Of a stretch of DNA of 64,000 bases, positions 1 through 12,556 are shown in pieces. Source of the stretch: Yuukianura sp. NJ FZ-2021 (Eukaryota); NCBI GenBank assembly GCA_046563655.1, contig CM102285.1:3782001-3846000 (forward strand), in the 5' to 3' direction. The position numbers were made by a program, and so were the translations under genes. How positions within the stretch are numbered: the stretch's first letter is position 1; each line of letters opens with the position of its first letter. Under the pieces are notes generated by a model. The model saw only the letters and a program-made list of their open reading frames with translations, did no database searches and was not told where the DNA came from.

Positions 1-14
1 TATTGTGTTCTTAG

Positions 15-1555
15 CCCGGTAAACCTGGAGTTTACGTTTTATATGGAGAATCCGCAGCCAGTTATTGGATCATACATGCTGTAATTCCAGCTTTGATTTC
101 GTCTTGCATCACAAGCTTCATTGGATTTTTGATGATTTCATTCTTCAGGTAAGATTTTATTTTTCATAACTGAACTAAATCATCCTCATTTGTAAGATCT
201 CATCAATCATTTAGAGACGAATAATTGTTGGTTTTGTTTGATCCCCGTAGAGAAGCTTCAAAATTTGAAACCCACTTTGACGAAATGGATTATGTCATTG
301 GAACGGCGTTGTTTGAACAAAGTCGGAAAAAAGCAGCGATGGAGTTGAAGGCTAAAGCAATCTTGCGAGATTTCGATGAAGCTAGTCAAAGTAATTCAAA
401 CTTACTTAAAAGATTGGTTTAAAGTACAACTTATTGTATCGTTTTAGAAACGAGCAGAACTGCCCAAATTGAAGCATCTGAGGCGGGTTCCGACGATGGT
501 TCATTGGAAGCCAGTTCCGTCTACTACCCGGTAGGGCATGATCCGCCCGAGGTGCCGGACGAAGACAAAAGTATTTACAGGCTCGCTGGTTTTCTCAGAG
601 GAATGACCAAGAAAACACTTGTCTTCATGAAATTGAGAAAGAAATCAGTAGAGTCCGGTCATACATTAAGTCCGTCAATTCCGGAGTCATCGCCGCCCGA
701 GCGAGATGAATTCCGGCCAAACCACCCGAAACGCTCCTCAATTGTGGATGAAGCTGCTGATCGACAAGTTGTTTTCTTGGAGCCAGAATTGTTGCCATAT
801 CAGCAACGACAAATCATGCGCAGACTGTTCTTGGGAATTGATGAAAGAGGAAGTTTCCGCAGGCCGAGTGGATCCCTGGGTAACTTAAGGCTGAATTCAC
901 AGAACTTCATGACCTTTAATGTCGTTGAGCCGCCCAAGGAGTCCAAAGGACCGAAGTATGACTTGGGGTATCTAAAGGGAGTTCGGAAGTGGTATCAACC
1001 AGTTACAGCTTGGTAAGCAATTTCAGCACACATGAGCAAAAAATCTTAACTCAAACTCAACCGTGACTGTTACATGTTGACAAGATTCATGCATGTTTAC
1101 ATGTTGAAGTTTACAATTTGGTCAATTTTTTAGTTGAAAAGCGAAAAATTGTCAGTTTAAATACTAACAACGAAAATCACTAATTTCTACTAAAATTTTT
1201 AGTTGAATTTTACTTTTTCTTAGGCTTCTTGTCATCACGGTCATCATTATGTCGGTCACTTTCGCCGTTTTTGTGGCAGTGAAAGGGAACTTTCACTTTA
1301 AGAGGGCTCGCGGAGACAAATTCGTCGAGACTCTGCTTTCGGCGTTGGTGATTGGACTTTTAGTTGGAACATTCATATGTGAACCACTCAAGATTTTTTT
1401 GATTGCTTTGTGGAATGCCATCAAGGATAAGGTATACGCTCTTGCGCTTGAGTATAATTTTAGATTTGTAATGAATTTGATCGAAGTGTGGATTTGTTTT
1501 GCAGAAAATTTATAAGCGGATAGAAAAGATGACACAAAAACGCAACGCAATCTGA
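15..1555 (+). CDS. Polycystin-1-like (PKD1L-type) membrane protein, 3' part; multi-exon, 5' end lies outside the window
   Basis: Spliced exons (~15-148, ~215-390, ~448-1012, ~1224-1431, 1505-1555) give ...HAVIPALISSCITSFIGFLMISFFR, a long hydrophilic loop, then KWYQPVTAW-LLVITVIIMSVTFAVFV...LLSALVIGLLVGTFICEPLKIFLIALW. This resembles the TM3-TM5 pattern of polycystin-1 family proteins (…LFR / …AW / …QPLKV). The last exon ends KIYKRIEKMTQKRNAI*. Confidence 0.5.
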
Positions 1556-3022
1556 CGTTCATTAATTAATTGTGGCAGTATTCGACGACAAAATCTAAAC
1601 TCGTCCGCTTTTTCCAACTAAAATCCGCTGCTTTTTTTCTACCACTCTCTTTTGTTAATTACCCTTTGTGATTTGTGAATTATTCATTTCAGTAAGAATG
1701 AAATTCTGCATTTCCGTATTTCTCAGTTGTAAATTCATTGTTATGCTGGCTCTGCGTCTAAAACTGTGATTTTTTACTCGAGTATTATGTACGATAAGCA
1801 TTACGATTTGGTTTAGATTATAAGCTTACGGCCCATGTATTGTTGGATTTGAACATAATGCTTAATTAAGACTTGGAACTGAATGTCTTCAAGCTTCCAT
1901 CTCAAGGGATTGAAGTGCTAAGAATTAACGTCAAACATGGAATTGTTCTTGAACGGTGTGAGAATCTCCCCCTGGCTGAATAATGATACTGTTAACTCCA
2001 CCGAAGCAGTTCCATTGTTACTGCAGGAGCTTTTTGTACGGACACTTGGATACCGCATTGTGTTTTACCAAGCAACTGACTCCTGAATGCATGGTTTCTT
2101 GCTATTGGTTCAACTAAATTCGTTCAAAACAGAATGGTGCAAAAATTGGTTCAAAAACGTTACCTAAACACGCATTGAACCTAGTGTATTCGAACCGTTT
2201 AGTTTTGAACCGATTCAATTTTGAAGTGATGGCGTGCTCCATTCATGAATCCACTTTCGGAAGTTTTGATTGAACTAACAGTTCAGCACGGTCATATGGT
2301 TACCTTACATAGAATTAGTTTAATAAACGTACTAACTCGTCGGATTCGTTTCATTGTATCAGCTGCCATTACATCAACTGGAATTGTATCAACGCACAAC
2401 CGTGCCAGCGGCTACTTGGACCGAAGAAACTTACGTAAGCTCAACCATCATACACGTTGACACAATTATCCGTTGACACAATGCAGTTGGCACAATGCCG
2501 TGCTCTCGATTGACCAAGACGCGTGCATCTTCCGTACATAAGTGCTCTGGACTGGATTTTTGTGGGTGGCCAACCATAACGAAAAGAACAAGTACTTAAC
2601 TGAAAAAAGAATGAGACTCTACCGGCTTAAGATGAAGATTGCCGACATCGCCGCTCACGATTTCCTTTGAACCAAAGTTCTAACAAAGGAAATTGCAATC
2701 TTTACAATTTTCTTTCGGGTGAGTTCATAGATTGCAATGAACCCAGCAGAGACGCTCACTTCCGGAATGAACCCATTTCCCATAAACTTTATTTCTGCAG
2801 CAGCACAAGGAAAATTTTCAGACACAGTTCAATGCTAGTATACAAAGTATTGTCAGTCTCGGCAAAAGATTTTAGAAGCTGCAGTTAAAAGTAACGCAGT
2901 TTTATTGCATTACTCCCTAAAATATTTTGAATAATTTGATACTTTGGTGTAGTAGCAAAACTTCATCATTTGAAAGCAAGAGGAAAAAACCAGTCACAAT
3001 TCACAAATCGAAATTTACATCA

Positions 3023-6000
3023 ATGAAGAATTACTTCGTTATTTGTTGCTTGATTTGCATTGGATTAGCCTCCAGCGTCAATGCTACGATCATTGGCTCA
3101 AGGTAATTTTAGAATTTACGCTAATGTCAAATAATTTTTTTTCCTTTTGAATTAGTGTTGTAAAAGTGTAGGACAGACGCAGAGAAAATTAACTGATACA
3201 TTACATAGAAAGGTTAAAATGCAATTATTGTTGTGGACTGTTTTTTCAGCGTCGTTACTTCTGTATCAGTCGTTCTCGGAAATGAAGAGACGCAGACAGT
3301 ACCTTCAGTGCCCCCTTTACCAAATGTCACCAGCCTTTCCAGTACATTAGTGGACCAAAATGCTGCTGACCCCGGCGTGCTCAGCGTCATCGCCACGCTC
3401 AAGAACATTGTCGAGGAAGAGAACCAGAAACAGAAAAACGAAAGCAGTCCGCAAGAAACAACTTCAACCAGCACAGAAACAGCAACAAGAGATGACAAAT
3501 ATTTTCCATCAGCCACACCATCAACCTACACTACGCCGGATTTGGCCGACGATGAAGCCGAAGCAGAGGAAATGCTCAGATCTACAACTTTGAAGCCCGT
3601 CGTCATCGTTTCCACTGAACTTCCAAATTCTCAGACCGTGGACACCGTTGGCAAATCGCCAGAATTGGACGAAATGCTACCGAACAATACCGACACATCC
3701 GTAGAGGTGCACCAAGCCATTCATCGAATTTCCGGCGCTCTGCTAAACCCTAACCAAATGACTGAAAATCCTATCGAAAACATTTTGACAGACGTTCTTA
3801 CTTCTATTCAAGATCAACGCAATTTCACATCTTCCAAAAACGCGGAAAAAATACATGGTTCTTCTTTGACTAAATCTCCTCCTACTTCAAGCGAACCGGA
3901 AATAGGCTATGTGGTGGTTGAAAGTAAAAGTTCGATTGGAAACCAATCGTATGATGACTCTTCGCTGGAGCGGGAAACTGAAGAAGACTTAAGCCTCATA
4001 TCTAGCACTACCACCGAGTCACCCAAAACCAAGCCCACAAAATCTCCAGTTGACAATATTGCTAACTTAAGCAAAAGTAATTCAACAACTCTCAAACGAC
4101 CGGTTGATTTCTACGATGACGAAATCTTTGGCTATGATCCGTACCAAACTTTTTTGCACGGAGTTTACAGACCGCAGAGCGCCCGTAAGTTACCGCTGGA
4201 ATACCAGAGATTCCAGTATTTAAAATTTTTGAATACGTTCATTTGGTTGGATAACAAATGTTGTCTTTTTGCTTTTAACTTTTAGAGGATGACCCTGTAA
4301 AAACGCCGCCAAATGATGACGTTCCACATCACTATCATGTCGCCCATTTGAAAGCGACTGTTACCCCTGCTCCGCAGCCAATCCGACCACCAGTGGTTAG
4401 CTTTCTTAACAAAAATAAGCGTAAACCGGTGCCCACCCTGCCAGATTACTTGCATCGCCCAAGACCCAGCCACTTACAGTATCAACACGCGGCTGCAGAA
4501 GCAATAGATGGTGAAACTGGTCTCACTACTGTCAAAGTACCTCATCCAGGTCAACAGTTCACCAATCACAAACAGAACTTAGAAGTTGATCGGCTAGGTA
4601 GTATTCCAATGCCAGCAAGTATCACACAACCCAAAATGACAACCACGCTACCACCACGACTACATTCTGGACTACCACGATTACCAGTGGCACCGAATCG
4701 CTCAACACCTCCAACATTTCCTACAACCACTGCTTCTACCATAAGAGTCACACCGATACACAAACCTCCAGTGGCAGTACATTCTCCATTTCCTGTCGTC
4801 AATCATGGACAACCGAGTGGATCTCATGGCATCTCGGAGCGTCCAGCGACAGACCCCACTACATCAGCTACTGTCAGCTTTGGAGACAAGCGTCCAATAT
4901 TTCCTAAACCACCAGTAGGTAACCCAGGACTAGAAGGAACAATTACTAATTTGGACAAAGAAATGAAGGCGTTCGTGGACATTTGTAACCGAGTGGGCCT
5001 GAGACTCTTTAATGGCGCCACCAACCCCGTGTCAAAGGCTACACAAGACAAAAATGTTGTTTTGAGTCCATTTACCGTCATTTCGTCACTTGGACTGCTG
5101 TTTTTGGGAGCCAGGGGGCAAACAGCTACTCAACTGGACTCACTCCTTAACCTGGATGACCAAATGACGTTCAACCCCCATCTGATGTACCATAACATAA
5201 CACAGTCATTTCTTAGTCAAACAAACACCGCAGCAGCCATTATTCGCCTCCTCGTAGCTGATAAGGTTAAAGAAATATTAATTTGAAAATTTTGAAAATG
5301 TTTAACAGTTTCAATTTATGCTTTGGTTTTAGAACAAAGGAGCTGTTTTGGATTTTTTCAAAATGAGGATACAACATTTTTATGACGCCCGCATAGAAGA
5401 AGTGGACTACAAATACGCAGGTCACTTGGCCACGAGTATCATCAATCAAATGATTCGCGCGCAAATTCAGCGTCACGCTTACGAGATGGTCAACGGATCA
5501 CTCCCACTTACAGGGCCACTCACTCTGCTCACAGCAGCATTCTTCGACGTGAGGATATCAGTTTTATGCCAAATTCTAAATAAAATTTGCCCACTAAAAT
5601 TTAAAATCCATTTAAATTTAAAAATGTGACAAATTGTGAAAATTTGTTTCAGATTTCGTATATTTTATTTTAGGGTCAATTTGGAGGCCACCGCCAACAT
5701 TTGATGGAATCGCTGGACTTTGTTCACTTCAACGAACACGGTCGACAGCAATCAACAGTTCCAGCTTTTGTCTTGCGCGCTCCATTCAGAGCTGCTTATG
5801 AAGAGACATTAGACGTCACGGCTGTCGACATTCCTTACACCACACGCGACTTGAGCCTAATTTTGCTTCTGCCTGGAAAGAGTGGATTGCAATCCACTGG
5901 AGGATTGGCTGCCCTCAAGGCACGACTTAACATCGATACCTGGACTGCTCTTATGCGAAGTTTCATGGTACGAGACAGTTTCAAAGTGGTTGCTCCAAGA

Positions 6001-6516
6001 TTTCGACATCACTCGGCTCTCAACCTCACTCAATTGGCACAACGTTTCGGAATAACTGACATGTTCCGGCCAGAGGTGGCCAAGTTCAAAGGAATCAACG
6101 GGCTCAGTGACCTCTACCTAGATCAAAACTTAATGCACTACGCTGAGCTGAGCACTTTTGAAAAACTTTCAGACACATTGACGGAAAACACGGATGTTAT
6201 GAAAGTCAGTCGTCCGCATGTCCGCGGAGAACAACTTTCCATTAACGACTGGATATTTTTGAGTCGAACACCAGCACATGCTCCGCTTCCAAGGACGGAT
6301 CAACTGAACCATCAACAAAGAAACACACCTTCACTCCCGCCAATCACTTATACTCGGATTCGTTCGGGAAAACACGGAGTGGTTGCAGAACCACTTCCGG
6401 CAGAAGAGAATGTACTGCGTTTTGATCGACCATTTCTCTATGTTCTACGCCACAATCCAACGGGATTTATTCTTTTCATGGGACAGTACACAGAACCTCC
6501 AAATCGGTTTCAATAG
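3023..6516 (+). CDS. Secreted serpin with a very long Ser/Thr/Pro-rich N-terminal extension, probably non-inhibitory
   Basis: Exon 1 (3023-3102) encodes a signal peptide (MKNYFVICCLICIGLASSVNA); GT-AG introns follow. Serpin motifs: NVVLSPFTVISSLGLLFLGARGQTATQL, DIPY..DLSLILLLP, and C-terminal LRFDRPFLYVLRHNPTGFILFMGQY. Confidence 0.9.
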
Positions 6517-6911
6517 AAATTTCTTTGCAATTTAATTTTGTTCGCTTAATTGGAAAATCTGACTGAAGGACTCTCAAGCAGTCACTTGGAAATAATTTAT
6601 AAATTCAAATTAATAGTTAAATCAATCAGATTTTTTCTTTGCTAGGCGGGAAGGTGCCTGAAAAAGAAATCAGGCGCACCGTCGACGCACCGGATGTGTG
6701 TATTTCATAATATTTATATGTATATACTAGTATTATTTATTTAGTTGTGTTATAATACCTTCCAATCATGTTGGACTACCAATTCCTTACCAATGTACAT
6801 AGACGTATTATAGTTGGTGGCAATATTTATTTGTGTTTAGGGAATAAAATTTGTTTTCCAGGGTTTTAGTCAAAAGCGATGATTTAAGTTCAAGTTGTAA
6901 TAATAGTAATA

Positions 6912-7622
6912 GGCCCTTTCAGATAAAACGGATTAATCGGAAAAAGTGATTAATCGGTACAAAAGTGATTAATCGGAAGGGTTCTGCACATGCGCAGATG
7001 AAAGTGATTATAAAATAAGCGCTTAAAAAATAAACCACGAAAAGGTGGTTTATTTTCCGATTAATCAGTCTTGTTTTGATTCTTTTCTTGCTTTCACATG
7101 TGAGTTGGAGTTCCTTTCAAATTCTAAAGTATTGTAACTAATTCTAAAGTAAAACTACTGGTTAACCAAGTTAGTTAATTGTTGAAAAGCCACGACGAGC
7201 AGCTAAAGTAATGGTCATTGGTCAGTGACACTTCAAGTAAAGAAGAACACTTTAAGTGGACAGCTGATTGTAAATTAGCAATCAGCTAACGTTTAAGTCT
7301 CATGTTTTATGTCTTATGTCTAAGTTACAGAATGTCGGTGAGAGGGAAATAAGAAGCAGCATTTCTTCCTTTCAAATGTATTCTTATAAATTCTTGTAAA
7401 CTCTTGCTTCTCCGACTTTCGACGTCCCCATTTCAATAATTTGTTACGCAGAATTGTTAATTAGAAAAGAAATCAAAGATAAGTTTTTGCGAATACCCGC
7501 TCGAAAAACCACGTGATCAAAATTTTAATCCCTCGAAAGAATCGGTGCGCTCAAATAGTTCTGATTAATCACTTTGAGCGATTAATCGCTATTTGGATTA
7601 ATCCGTTTTATCTGAAAGGGCC
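6912..7622. mobile_element. MITE with terminal inverted repeats and TA flanks
   Basis: GGCCCTTTCAGATAAAACGGATTAATC at 6912 and its exact reverse complement ending at 7622; TA on both sides; internal GATTAATC subrepeats; no coding capacity. Confidence 0.85.
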
Positions 7623-7660
7623 TATTCTGTTATTATAAGTTTCCAGCCATAAACCATAAA

Positions 7661-7728
7661 CGGTGGACGCCATTTCATCGAATGAATTACAACGAAGTGA
7701 ATTACTCCGAATGAATTTCCCCGAAAAC
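7661..7728. mobile_element. Solo terminal fragment of the foldback element family also present at 54162-54845
   Basis: GCCATTTCATCGAATGAATTACAACGAAGTGAATTACTCCGAATGAATTTCCCCGAAA nearly matches the reverse complement of ~54780-54838. Confidence 0.7.
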
Positions 7729-8486
7729 ATAAGTATACAAATCATGTTCAGTTGGTTACGTATCTAAAGCTAAAAGTTCATTATATTTACTAATTAATGG
7801 GTTGCAACTTCTTCTAGTTTAGTCGCATTCCAACGATGTTGAAATTCTGCATTGTGTTCAAAAATACTAACACAAAGTGCAGGAGGTTTTTTTTTCAAAA
7901 ATATCCGCTGAGGTATGTCCCCTTGGAGCTTCAAGTCACCCCTGTGGCGTCCTTAGAAAAACTATTTTTAATACTAGTTCTTTTATGTTTTCGGGCCTTT
8001 TGTGGACGTGTTGCACGTTTTTCTGGATGGTTACAAAGAAAGCAAATCCGGCTCACATCAGTCAAGAGTTTCGCAGGATTTCAAAATTCAGCGGAGTCAG
8101 GCGTTTAGTAGAACTCATTAAAAATTCTTGACAACTTTTGGGAATTCGGATACTGTTGTTTCTAATTTAAAGTAATTAATAATAGGAATAATTTAATTAT
8201 TCATAGACTGGAAGTAAGACTTTAGAACATTTTCTCTTGCTCGCCCGCAGTGTACTAAATAATATCATTATTTTTTTGATTTCCAGATCATCTGCTTGCT
8301 AGTGCCTTAGTTTCAAATTGCAATTGTAACCTTTTTCTTCTACTGATGGACTGCACGGACGGGCTATAACGGGCTAGAACTAAACGGGCGATAATCAAAC
8401 CAATAAGCAACTAAATCGTTCATCTTTATATAAAATACTGCACATTACTTCAACAATCACCAAGGACTAAAACTACTGTCGACAAG

Positions 8487-11400
8487 ATGTCGTCCAGTGC
8501 TGGAAAGTAAGTAATTGAGTGTTTGGAGACGTTAGAGTAATTGAATAGTTGGATATGTTGGCTGGAGTAAGGTGTTACACTCCTTTGTCCCCTTTTTCAA
8601 AAACACAAAATTCCTTTTTAGTTAAGATTCGATTTCAAGGTCTCATAAGGGTCCCTTGAAGGGTCTGCTTTTGTGGCATTTTTCGAAAAGTGTCCCTTGA
8701 TCTCTCTCTTCCTTTCTGACTCTTGAACTGGCCAGTCGAGTCACTTCTTTCTCTCTTCAAGAATTGGAATAAGGATCAGTAAAACGTTTCAAAGATTCTC
8801 ACTAGAAGTCTAAATTCATGTCATTTTCATCCGCGTAATATAAGGCAGTGTTGGCAGATGCTGCCGCCCGTGCTGCCTCCTGTTTGCTGTCTCCTGTGCT
8901 GCCTCCCATGCTTAACCTAACCTAACCTAACCTGAAGTCTGAAGCTACTCAATAAAAAGTAACCTGGAGGCAGCACGGGCGGCAGCATCTGCCAACACTG
9001 CCTTACTCCTACCGATATGTTAAAATAATTCAGTTAATTGGCCATGTCATTGCCATATTTGCTCTTTTCAATGTACTAAATGATCGATCCTTGTCATTGT
9101 CATGTTTCAGGACGATGGCTTTCGGTAACAAATTTGGGAAGTACGGCCATGTCGAATGTGGCCTCATCGTTCTCCTCCCGAAACCCAATGACTGGGATTC
9201 GGATCGTACAGCACCCGTTCCTCTGACGTCTGTCAATGTCGTTGCATCGATTGTCCATGCCGTGGCCCAAGTGGAGTTGACACAAGTCTATGTCAACAAG
9301 GAAGATCAACCGATTGAAGCCATTTACTACTTTCCAGTCGACTCCAACGGAGCTGTCACTCACTTCCATGCTGAATTGGGAGGACGAACTATTACTGTAA
9401 TGATACTTATGACTATTCATTCCTTGTGATTCATTCTTATGTAAAAGATGTAATTGCCATGATTTGTATGCTAAATGACATGATTAATAAGCTAATTGAT
9501 CTGTTCTTTAGGGAGTTGTGCAGCCACAAGAAGAGGCAAAAGAGCAGTACGAGAAAGCAGTTGCACAGAAACAGACGGCTTTTCTAGGAGAATCCAACAA
9601 ACCTGATATCTTCAAGGTAAAATCATCCACGATTAGTCCATCATGAGCAGCTTATTTGCAAATATAAGATTACGTTAATCAACTTTTGATTTCAACTTTT
9701 GCAGGTGAATATTGGTTACCTGAAGCCAGGCACTGAAGTAAAAGTGGTCGTTGGCTATGTTACGGAAGTTAAGAACGAGAAAGAGTCTAATGCAATTCGA
9801 TTCTTCTTGCCTACCACTGTGGCTCCTCGCTATAATCCTCCTACGGAGACGGACGAGAAGTCATTGGACCTTAAAAACATGAAGTTCTCTGCGTAAGTAA
9901 CGATTTTTATCGTGTTTGAACCATGCTGATTTAGAAATTCAAAATTATGAACATGAACATAATTTTGAACTCATGACGATGACGACATATGGCATGTGAT
10001 AAGGAGTCACACCATCTGATCGTTTTTGAAAAAGTTAGATTACGAGTCATCTGTGTTATTAATCATCATTTGCTATTAATCATCGTTTGTTAATTTCTTA
10101 TTAATCATACAGATCCACTCCAGCACCTTTGTCCATCCGTGTCAACGTTTCTCTCCAAGGTGGCATAAAGAGCATTGAATCACCGACTCATTCTGTAAAA
10201 ACAGTGGAAAAGGCTGCAATTCCAGAGAAACCAGAATGGACTCGCGGAATTGTGGAGCTGACTGGCACTACTACTGACATGGACAGAGATTTTGTGCTTC
10301 TCGTCACTCCAGAAGAAGTTCATGTTCCTCGGCTCTACTCTGAGGTACGTTTTTATCCTACACTTTAGAATGATGTTGACATTTTGATTTGATTTTTGAA
10401 AAATTGCTTTCATCACGGAAACTTTATGGTTGCTTTTAGAAATTCGAAGGGACCACGGCTGTCATGACCCACCTCATTCCGAGCTTCAACTTGGATGAAC
10501 AGAAAGTGGAACTTATTTTTGTGCTGGATCGTTCTGGATCTATGATGGGTCAAAGTATTGACTTGGCCAAGAAAGCACTGGTTGTAAGTCATCATTTTTG
10601 GAATCAAACTAAGCTAATTAACGATTAATCGAGCAAACTTTGATTGACGAACAATGATTAATCTTATTTTAATTAAAAATTTTGTCAACAGCTGTTTCTC
10701 CATTCCGCTCCAGTCGATTGCTACTTCAATATCGTGGGGTTTGGCAGTAGCTTTGAGTTTCTGTTTCCGGAGAGTGTCAAGTATGACGATGGATCCCTGA
10801 AGAAGGCGGTCGCCCATGCTTCACGTAAGGTTAATAATTCTGGATAACTTGCGATATCGAGATACCTCGATAGTCGATATCTCAGATCTTTTACTATGAA
10901 CAGTATTTTGTGTAGCTCGGGATAAAAATATCTCACAGTCACAGTAACTTTTATCATGTTTTTATCTTGTAGAATTGCAAGCCAATCTGGAAGGAACTGA
11001 GATTTACGCACCACTCAAAGCCGTCTACGAGAAGAAGCTTATCCCAGGATATCTTCGTCAGATTTTCGTGCTGACCGATGGCGAAGTATCGAACACTGAC
11101 CAAGTGATTGGCCTCGTCAAGGCTCATGCGCACTCTGGACGCCTCTTTTCGCTTGGAATTGGTGATGCATCGTCACATCACTTGGTTGAAGGATTGTCGG
11201 AGGCTGGAGGCGGCACGGCCACTTTCATCACGTACCAAGAGAAGATCGAAACCAAGGTTTTGCACCAACTGAAGAACGCAATTCAACCTTCATTGATGGG
11301 TAAGCAGCAAGAATGTTGAAACAATTGTGGTTTTAAGTTTAATTATGAAAGCTAAAACTGATTACATTTTTGATTTAGATGTGGAATTCGCCTGGACCGG

Positions 11401-12342
11401 AGTATCTGAACCGATGCAAGCACAGCCAGTTGTGATTAACAAAGAGAAGACACTGCTTGGTTATGGAAAACCGATTGCTCCGGCTTCTGCTGAGCAGCCG
11501 AAACCGGCATTCAGTCAAGTACCGAACAAAGTTCCTCCGATTTACGACGGATCCCAACTGCTCGTCTTCGGACTTTTCTCTACCGAAGTTCCATCTGCTG
11601 CTAAAATCACTGCGCAGTCACCCGATGGACCACTTTCTGTTGAGATTAAGGTAAGTTCAAATGGAATTCTTGATTGTTTTAGTGTAAGTTGTGTCCAATT
11701 AGTTGCTTTTTGGATTATAAAACTTAAGATGAACTTGCTAATTAACTTGCTAACTGATACTTTGAGCTTTGATTTGATTTTATTTGATATTTTTAGCTGG
11801 ATGAGAAGAATGACTTGGGTACGACTGGAATGATCCACAAGTTGGCAGCAGTCAAGATGATTCGTGAGTTGGAAATGGAAGTGGCTGCACTTGGATACGT
11901 TTCTGACAATGCTGGCGAGAGCAAGAAGACCGAGGAGACTTTGAAGAAGGAGGTTACCGAACTATCTGTCAAGCACGGTTCGTAAAACGATATTTTTTCA
12001 AAAACTTTTAATACCCGGATTGTTTTAAAACTTTTTGAAATACCTGGATTTTTTAAAAACTTGACCTTTTAGAGGGGATTTATTTAAACCTTTTTTGTTT
12101 TTTCAGGAGTTGGATCGAAGTATACTTCGTTTGTGGCAGTGGATTCTGGAGATACGACGAACAATGAGAACTGGGTGATGCAAACTCGCTATGTCGCTTC
12201 TCAGATTGCCCACGGATGGCACGGAGGAATGCAGCCAATGCTGGGTATGGCAACTAGTTGTTTGGGAATACCCCCGGGGGGTGCACTATTCCGGGGCCAT
12301 AAACTTATTGAATCGATGGTCTCTCTCAAGTTAACGTTATAA
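8487..12342 (+). CDS. VWA5A: von Willebrand factor A domain-containing protein 5A-like (VIT + vWA), apparently 3'-truncated
   Basis: TATA-like TATATAAAA at ~8427; micro-exon 8487-8506 splices in phase to 9111. VIT domain (VELTQVYVNKEDQPIEAIYYFP, VNIGYLKPG, RFFLPTTVAPRY), vWA MIDAS VLDRSGSM, GTEIYAPL, FVLTDGEV, FSLGIG, then IHKLAA and SKYTSFVAVD. The usual C-terminal region is absent after ~12265. Confidence 0.85.
8843..9003. mobile_element. Short MITE in VWA5A intron 1, containing (TAACC)n
   Basis: Perfect 40-bp inverted repeat TAAGGCAGTGTTGGCAGATGCTGCCGCCCGTGCTGCCTCC (8841-8880 / 8966-9005, including TA flanks); internal TTAACCTAACCTAACCTAACCT. Confidence 0.85.
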
Positions 12343-12556
12343 CAAAATCTGCACACAACCCGATGTTAAAGTCATTATGCCTTTTACTGCACTTGAATTC
12401 GCAACTTATCACTCCCAAGTCCCAACTGTTTTATTACAGTGAATGTATATGAACAATTTAAGATTTGACAATAAGGTTTGAGGTACCAGAGACGTATTGG
12501 ATGATGATCTTTGCGCTAATTCAAAGGTTCACGTGAATAACGTATTTTAATTCTAG

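Noticed and set aside
1860-2890. Coding-like stretches between the polycystin-like gene and the serpin
   Set aside because: Interrupted by stops and repeat fragments; no family could be assigned.
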